Shown piece by piece: positions 38,341 to 51,235 of a stretch of DNA of 64,000 bases. The notes below the pieces were generated by a model. It did no database searches. It had not been told where the DNA came from and saw only the letters and a program-made list of their open reading frames with translations. A program made the position numbers and the translations under genes. Location of the stretch: contig NC_086118.1 in assembly GCF_963921235.1 (NCBI RefSeq), positions 17,052,001-17,116,000 on the forward strand, written 5' to 3'. Source of the DNA: Mobula hypostoma (lineage: Eukaryota). The first letter of the stretch is position 1. Every line of letters starts with the position of its first letter.

Positions 38341-39616
38341 AGGTTCATTTGATTACTTGAATTGATTTGTCCAGCTGCAGATGTCATGTCTTTGGATCAC
38401 TGGTGAAAACTTCTTTCTGTTAGTCTAACAACTTACCTCACTGCTCAGTCAGGGACCATTAGTAAGTTTGTTTTTTTCAACAGACTGAATGAGAAGACTA
38501 CATGTCTCAAGGCCTGTTTATTTTGCATCAGGGACTCTTAACTATAAAGCAAAAGTGGAAGGGTTGTTGAATTTGACAGGATATTAGTACCACTATCAGA
38601 TTCTAACACCCCATTTTCTAATTATAAAATAATAGCTGACGAGTGAACTTGTACAGTGGTCTTTATAAAATTAAAGCATGATTTTAAGGTGGAATTTTAC
38701 ATCAATATTTTCCTGTTATATTAAAGGGTCTAAAAAGCCTGCGACCTTAGTTCATCAAAACAAAGCCTTGAGGCATATTCTACAAAATACTAAGATTACC
38801 TTTAGCTTGATATATTTTCATAAGAGTGCATTTAATACAAAAGGTGCTCCATCTAAAATAGTATGCAAATATTATGGTCTGGATAAAGCAGATCAGTTAA
38901 GCCTCGTAAAGATTTAAACCATACACTTTAGTCAACGATTACAAGTGTTTAATCCAAGACTTTCAGTTTGGTCAACAGAGTCAGTTCAGGAACAGGTTTA
39001 AACTTGACAATGCCGTCAGTATACTGTCACTTCAGTCGGACCCATAGGCATCAAGCTCAGTATACTCAAACTATTAGTAACTGCCTGAAAAAAAAACAAC
39101 TGAAACTACTTGGTGTGCTTGCTATAAGAATTAATTTCAATTTATTAATATTTGTTACTACCCGCTTCATTGTTAGGACTCCTGAACTAAGCAACACTAA
39201 AAACTCATCATCATTACTGTTTCTGGGTCTTTGCCATAGACAAACTGGCTGCAATATTTTCTCAACTATAACAAAAAAGCTGATTTCAAAATATTTTAAG
39301 ATAACCTGTAGTGTTCCCAGCTTGAGAAAAGCACATCCTTACGCATTTGTTAATCTTGCATCTATTGGGATCAGGCCAATGACAGCAAATTCCACCAAGT
39401 TACTCAGCAACTTGGCAGCAACTCTTCAAAATGCAATATAGCCAAATTAGTGTGGCATAATCATAACATTTTAAATCAGTGTCACAAAGGGTAAATTGCC
39501 AAATGTCTGACAATGATACACATTGTTGAATAAGTGCAGCATGAAGAATCCACAGAACAACCACAGGCACAGCTAAAGGCTCACAGCTGGGCCAATTAGA
39601 GGCAAAAGTAGAGAAG

Positions 39617-39686
39617 GGGAGAGAGAGAGAGAGACACAGAGACAGAGAGACAGAGACAGAGACAGAGACAGAGAGAGAGAGAGAGA
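39617..39686. repeat. (GA)n/(GACAGA)n compound microsatellite
   Basis: Directly visible. Confidence 0.95.
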
Positions 39687-40554
39687 AATATTCTGTACAA
39701 AAATGTCTATCAAAGAAAAGAAATTTTCCAAAATTTTGGTTATCTAATTCTTCATATACTGCATGAGATGAAGGTGGGTGGACAAGTCACCTAATCAGGA
39801 TGGGATGAATCCTCGACTGCCTTGGGAAACTGGGATAGATATTTTTAAGAAGCTGTCCGCAGTCTTCTGAGCTTTCTTTTTCAGAGGATCGATACCAAGA
39901 AACTGAAAGATTGCAAATGTTTCTCAGGTAAGGAAATACACTTGGAAGGCTAGTCTGTTTATTGTCTTGGTTGAAGATGATTTTAACAATCATTAATCTA
40001 ACAGCAAATAACAACTTGCATAAGGATTGTTTAATAAACGAACCTACTTCTATTTGTGATATGTAAAAAAGTTGTTTGACCACATGACTGTGAGGTTGAT
40101 AAATCAATAAAGTGAAATTTTTATATCAAGGTTCCTGCTGGGATCGAGCTATATGGTTAAGGTCAAGTAAACATTCTGTATCATTTGGAACACACCAGAT
40201 GTGGTTTTGTAAAAAAAACTAAATTCTATTCGCCCATCACGTTTATATAGTCTTTTCACACCCAACACCTCAAAAACAAGCCTGTCATACAAAAAGGATA
40301 ATAGATGCGTGAAAACAAGAAGGGCTAAAGAACAGAAAATAGACAGCTGAAATGAAAGGCTATGTTTATGATGAGGTGGAACGTACTGTACAGGGGACAT
40401 ACAGGAGGGTTCTTCTACTTTCAGTGTTAGTGCCAATTCTTCTATTGAGGTGGATTAAGACTTCGATGTAGGAGTTCAGGCCATGGTTTCAAGATATGCA
40501 AATGGTAAAATATATGAAAGTGAAGAAAATGCAGATAGACAGAAACAGTGGTAA

Positions 40555-40702
40555 TAGACCATAAGATCATAAGACATCGGAGCAGAATTAGGCCATCTGG
40601 CCCACCGGGTTTGCACCGCCATTCAATCATGGCTGATCCTTTTTTTTCCCCTCCTCCTCAACCCCAGTTCCCGGCCTTCTTCCCGTAACCTTTGATGCCA
40701 GT
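40555..40702 (-). mobile_element. CR1 3' UTR fragment
   Basis: ccataagatcataagacatcggagcagaattaggcc...ccattcaatcatggctgatcc. Confidence 0.75.
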
Positions 40703-41170
40703 GTAATAGACACACTGCCATAATGTCTAGGCATAAGGGAAATTATATTAAATATAGGAGAGCATGAACTGATATATTTTAGTGGGAAATGCAGGAAACC
40801 ATACATTTTAACTTTTTACCATATTAATAATTTTGCCCAGGCTCCATGGGAAAACAGAGGAATTGCCTAAAGGCCTGACACAAGGGGCTATGGTTGCCAC
40901 AGGACCTTATGTTTGGTTCTATACATCTGAAAAAGATTGTATGGAAACTGTGGCCTCAGATGAGGTGGGGAAGGAGTCATCTGTCCCACAGTCCACCCAA
41001 TCCCTGGATTCTTTGGTGAATTCTCTCCTCATCTAAATAACAGCCAGGAACCACTGCTGATAGTACGGTAGATTATTAATCAGCAGTGGTCCCTGGCTGG
41101 GACAAATTGCAATCTGAAAATCTGAAATGATAAAGTGCAGGACCATTTAAATTACCACCCCTGCCATGGA

Positions 41171-42990
41171 ACAAGACCATAAGACAGAGGAACAGAATTA
41201 TTGTAGTTCGCTTGGCATTTAGACTCTGCTCTGCCATTCAATCATGCAGATATATTTTCCCTTTCAACCCCATTCTGCCTTCTTCTCACTTATCCTTGCT
41301 AATCAACAACTTATCAACTACTGCTTTAAGTATACCCAATGACTTGGCCTCCACAGCCATCTCTGGCAATGAATTCTACAGATTCACCACCCAATCACCA
41401 AAGAAATTTCTCCTCATCTCAGTTCAAAGGGACATCGTTCTATTCTAAGGCTGAGCCCTCCGTCGGACACTCCTACAAAAGGAGAGAAGTCCACAATATT
41501 CAGTAGGTTTCAATGCGAGCCCTGTCCCCATTCTTCTAAACTCAAGAGACTACAGGGCCAGAGCCATCAAGTATTTCTCATACATCCCAGAGTCATTCTT
41601 GTAAACCTCCTCTGGGCCCTCTCCAATGTGAGCACATCCTTTCTTAGATATGGGGCCCAAAACTGCTCACAATACTCCCAATATGGTCTGACCAATAGCC
41701 CAAGTATTACAACACTGGTTTTGTTTTCTAGTCCCTTCGAAATGAATGAATGCTGTTTTGCTTTCCTCACTACTGACTCAACAAGCAAGTTAATCTTCAG
41801 GGAATTGCACTACGACTCCCAAGACTCTTTGCTCCTCCGATTTTTGAATTTCCTCCAGGCTTAGAAAATTGTCTATACCTTTGTTCTTTCCACAAAAGTG
41901 CATGACCATGCACTTCCCTATACTGTATTCCATTTGAAAATTCTTAGCCCACTCTCCTAATCTGTCCAAGTCCTTCTGCAGAGTCCTTGCTTCCTCAACA
42001 CTACCTGCCCCTCATCTATCTTTGTATCATCCGCAAACTTGTCCACAAAGCCATCAATTCCATTATCCAGATCACTAACATTTAACATGAAGAGAGCAGA
42101 CCTAACAACAACCCCTACGGCACACCACTAGTCACTGGCAATCAACCAGGAAAGGCCCTTTTTATTCCCACTCTTTGCAACCTGCCAGTCAGCCAATCTT
42201 CCGTCCATGCTAATATCATTCCTGTAATACCCTGGGCTGTTTTCTTATTTAGCAGCCTCATGTGTGGCACCTTGTCAAAGGCCTTCTGAAAATCCAAGTA
42301 AACAACATCCACTGACTCTCCTTTATCTATCATGTCTGTTATTTTCTCAAATAATTCCCACAAATTTGTCAGGTTAGATTTCTACTAATGGAAACCATGA
42401 TGATTTTGACCCATTTTATCCTATGCCTCCAAGTATCCCAAAATCTCATCCTTAATAAAGGACTCCATCACTTCCCAATACTGTAGTCAGGCTAACTGAC
42501 CAACAATTTCCTTTCTTTTGCCTCCCTCCCTTCTTAAAGGGTGGAGTGACATTTGCAATTTTCCAGTACTCCAGAAATATTCCAGAATCCAGTGATTACT
42601 GAAAGACCATCACTAGTGCCTTGGCAATCTTTTCAACAAACCCTGCCAGAACCCTGAGATGTAGTCCTTTTGGTCGAGGTGACTTATCTACCTTTACACA
42701 TTTTATCTTCCCAAGCACCTTCTCCTTAGTAACTACACTCCTTCCCATTGACCCACTTCAATTTCTGGCATATTGCTAGTGTCTTCCATGGTGAAGACTG
42801 AGCAAAATACTTATTCAGTTTGTTCAGCATTTCTTTGTTCCCCATTGCTACCTCTTCATCTTAATTTTCCAGCAGTCCAATGTCCACTCTTGCCTCTATT
42901 TCACTCTTTATATATCTGAATAAAAAACCTTCTGGTATCCTCTTCTATATATTCAGCTAGCTTACATTCATATTTCATCATTTCACATCA
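41171..42990 (-). mobile_element. Old CR1 RT fragment
   Basis: VDVVYLDFQKAFDKVPH, EYCEQFWAPYLRKD; CR1 3' UTR at 41171-41400. Confidence 0.9.
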
Positions 42991-43154
42991 GTCACAGTGA
43001 AGAGTTTTGAAAGGATGGTCGTGTCATTTCACAAATCCATTACTCAAAATTTTCTCGATCTGCTGCAGATTGACAACTGAGCCAGTTATCATCGGTCTTA
43101 ACTTCATACTACAACTCTTTTGGTACATATGTTGGGATTCTATTTGCTATAAGT

Positions 43155-46100
43155 CCATAAGATATAGGAGCAGGTCAGCCACTCAGCTCATCGAGTCTGC
43201 TCCGCCATTCAATCATGGGCTGATCCAATTCTTCCAGTCATCCCCACTCCCCTGCCTTCTTCCCTACCCTTTGATGCCCTGGGTAATCAAGAACCTATCT
43301 ACCTCTGCCTTAAATACTCCCAATGACTTGGCCTCCACAGCTGCTCGTGGCAACAAATCCCACAGATTTACCACCCTCTGACTAAAGTAATTTCTCCACA
43401 TCTCTGTTCGAAGTGGACATCCTTCAATCCTGAAGCCGTGCCCTTTTGTTCTAGACTCCCTTACCATGGAAAATAACATTGCCATATCTAATCTGTTCAA
43501 GCCTTTTAACATTCAGAATGTTCCTATGAGATCCCCCCTCATTCTCCTGAACTCCAGGGAATACAGCCCAAGAGCTGCCAGACATTCCTCATACGGTAAC
43601 CCTTTCATTCCTGGAAGCATTCTTGTGAATCTTCTCTGAACCCTCTCCAATGTCAGTATATCCTTTCTAAAATAAGGAGCCCAAAACAGCACACAATACT
43701 CCACATGTGGTCTCATGAGTGCCTTATAGAGCCTCAACATCACATCCCTGCTCTTATAGTCCATACTTCTAGAAATGAATGCCAACATTGCATTCACCTT
43801 CTTCACCACTGACTCAACCTGGAGGCTAACCTTTAGGGTATCCTGTACAAGGACTCCCAAGTCCCTTTGCATCTCTGCATTTTGAATTCTTTCCCCATCT
43901 AAATAATAGTCTGCCCATTTATTTCTTCCACCAAAATGCATGACCATACACTTTCCAACATTGTATTTCATTTGACACTTCTTCACCTATTCCCCTAAAC
44001 TATCTAAGTCTCTCTGCAGGCTCCTTCCTTAACACTACCCACTCCTCCATCTATCTTTGTATCATCAGCAAATTTAGCCACAAATCCATTAATTCCATAG
44101 TCCGAATCATTGACGTACATCGTAAAAAGCAGTGGTCCCAACACCAACCCCTGTGGAACTCCACTAGTAACTGACAGCCAGACAGAATAGGATCCCTTTA
44201 TTCCCACTCTGTTTTCGGCCAATCAGCCAATGCTCCACCCACGCAAGTAACTCCCCTGTAATTCCATAGGCTAAGCAGCCTCATGTGGGGCGCCTTGTCA
44301 AAAGCCTTCTGAAAATCCAAGCACACCATATTTACTGCATCTTCTTTGTCTACCCTGCTTGTAATTTCCTCAAAGAATTGCAGTAGGTTAGTCTGGCAGG
44401 ATTTTCCTTTCTGGAAACTATGCTGGCTTTGGCCTATCTTGTCATATGCCTCCAGGTACTCCATAATCTCATTCCTAACAATTGATTCCAACAAATTCCC
44501 AACCACTGATGTCAGGCTAACAGGTCTATAGTTTTCTCTCTGCTGCCTCCCACCCTTCTTAAATAGCGAAATAACATTTGCAATTTTCCAGTCATCTGAT
44601 ACAATGCCAGAATCTATTGATTCTTGAAATCATTGTTAATGCCTCCGCATTCTCTCCAGCTACTTCCTTCAGAACCCGAGGGTGCATTCCATCAGGTCCA
44701 GGAGATTTATCCATCCTCAGACTGTTCAGCTTCCTGAGCACCTTCTCACTTGTAATTTTCACTGCACATATTTCACATCCTTGACACTCTTGAATGTCCG
44801 GTATATTGCAGATGTCTTCCACTGTGAAGACTGATGCAAAATACGCATTCAGTTCCTCTGCTATTTCTGCATCTCTCATTACAATATCTCCAGCGTCATT
44901 GTCTATTGGTCCTATATCTACTCTCGACTCTATTTTACCCTTTATATACTTAAAAAAGCTTTTAGCATATTCTTTGATATTAGTTGCCAGCTTCCTTCCA
45001 TTATTTATCTTTTCCTTCCTAATGACGTTCTTATTTTCCTTCTGCAAGTTTTTAAAAGCTTCCCAATCCTCTATCTTTCCACTAGCTTTGGCTTCCATGT
45101 ATGCCCTCTCTTTTGCTTTTACTTTGGCTCTGACTTCAGTTGTCAGCCATGGTAGTGTCCTTCTTCCATTTGAAAATTCCTTCCTATTTGGAACATATCT
45201 GTCTTGCACTTCACTTTTTTTTCCACAGAAACTCCAGCCACTGCTGCTCTGCTGTCCATCCGACTAGTGTCCCTTTCCAGTCAACTTTGGCCAGTTCCCC
45301 TCTCATGCCATTGTAATTTCCTTTATTCCACTGAAATACCAACACATTGGAATTTAGTTTCTCCTTCTCTGATTTCAAAGTGAACTTGCTCATATTGTGA
45401 GCGCTGTTCCCTAAGGGTTCCTTAACTTTAAGCTCTCTTATCACCTCCGGATTATTGCACAACACCCAAGCAACAAGCTGTTCTAAAAAGCGATCACTTA
45501 GACATTCTACAAGTTCTCTCTCTTAAGGCCTGGTTTTCCCAATCCACTTTCATGTTAAAATCCCCAATGATTATCATGACATTGCCCTTCTGACATGCCT
45601 TTTCTACCTCCAGCTGTAATTTGTAATCTACATCTTGGCTGCTGTTTGCAGACTTGTATACAACTGCTATCAGGGTCCTTTTACCCTTGCCATTTCTTAA
45701 CTCAACCCATAGAAACTCTACACCTTCCGATCCTATGTCATCCCTTTCTAATGATTTCATTTTTTTTAATACACAGGGCCACGCCATTCCCTCTGCCTAC
45801 TAACCTATCTTTCCAATGCACCATATATGCTTGGACATTCAACTCTTAATGGCAGCCATCCTTTAGCCAAGTTTCAGAGGTGGCCACAACATCATACTTG
45901 CCAATCTGTAGCTGAATTTCAAGATCGTCCATTTTATTTCTTGTGCTGCGTGCATTCAAATATAATACTTTCAGTCCAGTATTTGTTGCTTTCTGTTTTA
46001 ACTGCACCTCACCTCTATTGCCTTGTAATGCATCTCACTAGCTGTGAATATGCCTCATCTCTTGCCTGTCCTTTCTAACATCTCTGTTTAACACTACCTT

Positions 46101-47300
46101 TGATTTATTTCTGTTTTCCCCTTCCTCAGCCCTATCATTCTGGTTCCCATACACCTGCTAAATAAGTTTAAACCCTCCCTAACAGCTCTGTTAAACCTGC
46201 GTGCTAGGATATTAGAGCCTTTTGGGTTCAGGTGTAACCGGTCCTTTTTGTACAGGTCCCATCTCCCTTAGAGGGTGCCCCAATGATCCATGAATCTGAA
46301 GCTCTGCCCCCTACACCAGTCTCTCAACCATGCATTAAAATGCCTGATCATGCTATTCTTGTGCTCATTAGCACATGGCACAGGCAGCAGTCCTGAGATT
46401 ACTACCCTGGAGTTACTGCTTTTCAGCTTCCTGTCTCGCTCTCTGAATTCTCTCTTCAGGACCTCCTCCCTTTTTTCGACCTATGTCATTGGTACCAATG
46501 TGTACCATGACTTCTGGCTGTTCACTCTCTCCCTTCAGAATACTCTGCACCCGATCCGAGACATCCCATACCCTGGCACCAGGGAGGCAACACACCATGC
46601 GGGTACTCTATCAGGCTGACAGAACCTCCTGTCTGTTCCCCTCACTATGGAATCTCCTATGACTCCCGCATTCCTCATCTTCTTCTTTCCCTTCTGCACC
46701 ATGGAACCAGGCTCAGTGCCAGAGACCCGATCACCATGGTCATCCTAATACAGTTCACACCCCCCCCACAACAGCATCCAAAACAAGATAATGATTACTT
46801 AGGAGAATAGCCACAGGGGTGCTCTCTATTATCTGAGCTCTTCCCTTCCCTTCCCTTCCCTGACAGTCACCCACTTATCTAACTCCTGCAGACTCAGAGT
46901 GACCAACTCCCTGTAGCTCCTATCTAGCCCCTGCTCACTTTTCCTAATAAGCTGTAGGTCATCAAGCCACAGATCCAGATCCCTAACACAGTCTCTGAGG
47001 AGCTGCATCTCGGTGCACCTGGTACAGATGTGGCCATCTGGGATACTGGAAGAATCCCAGGATTTCCACATCTGACACCCAGAGCAAAGTACTAACCTTA
47101 CAGACATCCTCTCCATTCCTCAAAAAATGCATGGAAAAAATGAAGCCCGCTTACCCACTTACCTTGTCGAAGCCCACTTTCGCCAAAGCCTGAATGAGCC
47201 AAAGCCCTACCATTCTGACTCAGACCACTCCGTCAAGGACTGCTCCTTTAATGACCGCTCTGCTAGGCAGTGTCTCCCTTTTATACATGAACCATCCTTG
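43155..47300 (-). mobile_element. Near-full-length degenerate CR1 with zinc-finger/SGNH-esterase ORF1 and APE-RT ORF2
   Basis: ORF1: LVLCSGCQMW..HICTRC, VCCLPGARV, VMVHIGTND. ORF2: LWVELRN, IIGDFN, KSPGPDG, FADD. CR1 3' UTR at 43155-43400. Confidence 0.9.
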
Positions 47301-47429
47301 CTCTCCAACACACGATTAGCACTCCAGTTATAGCCGAGTTCCCACGAAGCTTTCCCCCTTTGAACTTTGCTCCTGGACCTGTGTAGTGCCTCCTCTGTCG
47401 TAGCTCTCCAACTCACGATTGGTGCGCCG

Positions 47430-48945
47430 GTTATAGCAATTTCAGTTCAGCCTTCGTTGCCATAATATGTGAGCTTCTACAAGAGAAACTCCTCAAACCT
47501 AACGTACAAGGTTCCATCTGCAAGTGGATCTCAAGCTTCCTCTCAGATAGAAGGCAGTATGTGAGACTCAGTAAGCACGTCACCACATCCTGCTCACTTA
47601 GCAGTGGTGCACCACAGGGATGTGTTTTCTCTCTTCTCCTATTTTCTCTATAAACCTTTGACTGTTTTTCCAGTGATTCATCAGTTAAACTGAACAAGTT
47701 TCCAGATGACATCATTGCCATAGAGGTGAGAAATTCAAGTACCACAAAGTAAAAAAAGCTTGTGGCCTGGTGTAGTCACAACTTGCAGCCAAATTCTCTC
47801 AAAAATATGGCGTTGCATATCGACTTCAGGAGAAATGTGTCTCTTCTCTACCACTCATTATCAACAACTCCACAGTTAGCACCACTTCAATATTCAGGTA
47901 CCTGGGCATCATCGTTTCATAGGACCTCATATGGGAGAACCATATCTCCTTCATTAACAAAAACAATTGTCAAAGGATGTACTGTACTTCTTGCAGCAAT
48001 TGGAAAAATTCCATCTTCCCCTATTGGTACACTTCTACACTGCGATCATAGAGAGCTTCATTAAATGAGCCATAACTGTTTGGTTTTGTGCAGCATCCTC
48101 TCATAACTCAAGAAAACTACAGCGAACTGTCATGTTAGCAGGAAGGGTCATTAGCTGTGCTCCACTATCACTGCAGGACTTGTATGTGTCCAGAACAAAG
48201 AAGCAGACAGGGAGAAAGAAGTCACTGTGGACATTACCAGTCCAGCAAACTGACTTTTCCAAGAGCTCCCTTCTGGAAGGTGCTATAGGCTATTAAAACA
48301 AAAAGTTCATGCCACCTTGAAAGTTTCTTCTCCCTGATCAAACATTCTAGTTAACCACCCCACCTTACCGCTATCAGTCCCAAACACTGTGCTGCACTGT
48401 AAATACTTTAAACAATTTTCATAATGTTATTTACATTGTAAATATATGCTTCCATTTACATATTTATAAATATTTTATTACATATCCATTTTATATAATT
48501 ATTTATTCTTTATAATTGTTGAATGTTATTTTGTGTTGTATGTCATGCCAACATACCACAGCAAATTCCTAATAAATGTAAATATATATGGTGAGTATAT
48601 GGTGTATTGGCGCATGGCCAAGTGGTTAAGGCATCAGTCTAGTGATCTGAAGGTCACTAGTTCGAGCCTCAGCTGAGGCAGCGTGTTGTGTCCTTGAGTA
48701 AGGTACTTAACCACACATTGCTCTGCGACGACACCGGTGCCAAGCTGTATCGGCCCAAGTGCCCTTCCCTTGGATGACATCAGTGGCGTGGAGAGGGGAG
48801 ACTTGTAGCATGGGCAACTGCCGGTCTTCCATACAATCTTGCCCAGGCCTGCACCCTGGAAAACCTTCCAAGGCACAAATCCACGGTTTCACAAGACTAA
48901 CGGATGCCTAAAAAAAATATGGTGAATAAAGTTGATCCCCGATCC
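47430..48945 (+). mobile_element. Rex1/Babar-type RT fragment plus 3' UTR, interrupted by a tRNA SINE
   Basis: FSSAF, CKWISSFLSDRRQYV, SGAPQGCV, KFPDD; ccttctggaagg; tail aataaagttgatcc. Confidence 0.75.
48605..48916 (+). mobile_element. tRNA-derived SINE (not V-type)
   Basis: A box TGGCCAAGTGG, B box AGTTCGAGCC, central gtgttgtgtccttgagtaaggtacttaacc, A tail; candidate TSD ATATGGTG (48597-48604, 48917-48924). Confidence 0.85.
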
Positions 48946-49019
48946 TTTACTTCCTTTTTTTTTGTTGCCTTCCTAATCCTCTAGCTTCCCACAAATTTGT
49001 GCTGTATTGCATGTTGCAA

Positions 49020-49950
49020 TTTTTCCCTTGAAGCTGTCTTTGACTTCCCTAGTCCTCATCCTTCAAATTCTTCTTCTTCTTCAGGACGAACCAATCCTGC
49101 AAGTTCTAAATTACTCCCAGAAAATCAAACCACTGCTGCCCTACCATTATTGTTGCCAGTGTGCCGCTCCAAAAATAGTTTGGCGAGCCCCTCTCTGTTG
49201 CCTCTGTAGATACCTTTACTGAACTGCAATACTGATACATCTGATTTTAGCATCTCACTCTCAACCTGCAGGGTGAATTTTCTGATCACTGCCTCCTAAG
49301 GATTCCTTTGCATAAAGCTTTCTAATCAAATTTTTTATTACACAACACCCAATTCAGAATTGCCTTTTCACTGGTAGGTGTTATATATTTAATATTTCAG
49401 TAATATTTAAGTAACATTGTAGATATATTGTTTTATTAAGCATTCTTTGATGTTTAAATAATTGATTACAGGTTATACATAAAAGTATGTGAATGGCATA
49501 CGTCATTATACTACCAGGTCATTAGTGGGCATCTGGCTAAAAATAAAACTAAGGAGTTATCTCAGTGCCATGTTTTTCTTTCAATTAGTTTAATGCTTTG
49601 GAGTTACAAAACATAACAGTGAACTCGACCACAAGCTGCTCTAAAAATCCACTTGTAGGCATTCCACAAATTCCTCTCTTGGGATCCAACACCAACCTGA
49701 TTTTTCAATCTGCATACCATCATAACATTGTCGTTGTTTAAACATGCCTTTTCTATCTCCCATTCTAACTTGTATCCCACATCCTGGCTACTGTTCGGAG
49801 GCCTGTATATAACTCCCAACAAAGCCACTCCGCACTCTGCCCAACAGCCTGCCCTTTGATATGATGTGTATTCTTGGATGTATCCCCAGCTATGATCTTC
49901 TTACAATCACAATGCTCGCAACTTTATACCTGCCAATTTCTAACAGCGCT
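49020..49950 (-). mobile_element. Old CR1 endonuclease-region fragment split by a solo LTR
   Basis: LLGVIYRPPNSSQDVGYKL (49604-49828); aligns with 45400-45900. Confidence 0.75.
49379..49618 (+). mobile_element. Probable short solo LTR (240 bp)
   Basis: TGTTAT...ATAACA termini, internal AATAAA, AT-rich, interrupts CR1; TSD degenerate. Confidence 0.65.
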
Positions 49951-51067
49951 ACAAGATAATCTACCTTATTCTGTACATTGTGTGTATCCAAATGTAACAC
50001 CTTCAGTCCTATATTCACCCCTCCTTCTGTTCAAGTTTGTCTCCCTGGATATTATTCTGATTTGATACAGGCCAGAGTACATGAAGGTACAATGCTTATT
50101 GAGGGTAGGATCAAGGGAATTATGTTCAGCTTCCCAACTTTGGGGAGTGAGGAATTTCTGCCCTCCAAGGGGAAGGTGTGAAAAAAGCTTTTTGCTTTTA
50201 AATGAAGTTTTGGTACCGAAAGGTCCAGGGCATTGCCTATTGAATTTATCCATGAATACGCGAGCATACACTTGAAGGACTGCAATGATTCTAAAGAAAG
50301 ATCAAGAATACAGAACAGGGAACTGTTAGTTCCTGCATTATGTTTTAGTTTACTTCATTGACATCATTTCACAGGGGGCAATTAACCCAATGTGCATTTC
50401 CTGCACCTAAGTTTATCTGTTGTACAGTGGGGCTCGTTGTGGTCCCACCCATAACAGGGTGCCAGGGGAACCCCCAAAATTCAGCAGTGCAGCATTTAGT
50501 ACTACTACCCTACAGATTCAGGCACTGGTTCATTTCTGACCTCAGGGGTGGCTGCATTTTTCCCGGGCATTCTCCAGTTTCTTCTCAAATCCCAATCATA
50601 TGATTGGTTTATTGTGGGCTGCTGTACTTTACTCCCCGTGTAGATGGCTGACAGGATGGAAATGATTTAAGGAAAGGAAGTGCAGGAGTGAGACTGATGG
50701 CAATTACTGAGCCAGCATAAACTCGATGGCCTCAGCAGCCTCCAACTGTGCCTTCAGAAACAGGAATATCTTACCAAGGATCCCGATAAATCTTAATTTG
50801 CCACTGAGTGCAAGAACAGAAAGATCTTAATATGGTCATATACAAGTACAAGGAAGTTGTCTACACAATTAAGAAACCATGTGTTTCCGAGACAGTTGTG
50901 TAAAATCTATGTAAATATTAAATCAGTTGGAGAATTGAGTCCAATTCTGTAATTCTGTACTTTAGGGTAAGAAAGAAAATGAGTCCACAGAAATGTGATT
51001 ACAGTTAAAAACTCAATTAAAGCAACTACAACTAATCTCCTTTTGAGCTGAGAGAAATAAACAGGGC

Positions 51068-51178
51068 GACAAATATGAGAAAATCTGCAGGTGCAGGAGA
51101 TCCAAAGAAGCACACACAAAATGCTGGAAGAACTCAGCAGGCCAGGCAGCATTTATGGAAAAGAGTAAACAGTTGAAG
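51068..51178 (-). repeat. Penelope pLTR fragment
   Basis: atctgcaggtgcaggagatcc...cacacaaaatgctggaagaactcagcaggccaggcagcatttatggaaaagagtaaacag; matches 21005-21105. Confidence 0.75.
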
Positions 51179-51235
51179 GATTTAAACGCATCCCATAAGG
51201 CACTGGGTGGATATTTAGTACTAAATAGGAAATAA

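Noticed and set aside
38968..39441. 157-aa ORF in AT-rich DNA
   Set aside because: Non-ATG start, no domain, composition typical of random sequence.
48609..48680. tRNA gene
   Set aside because: It is the head of a SINE; it continues into a SINE body with A tail and TSD.
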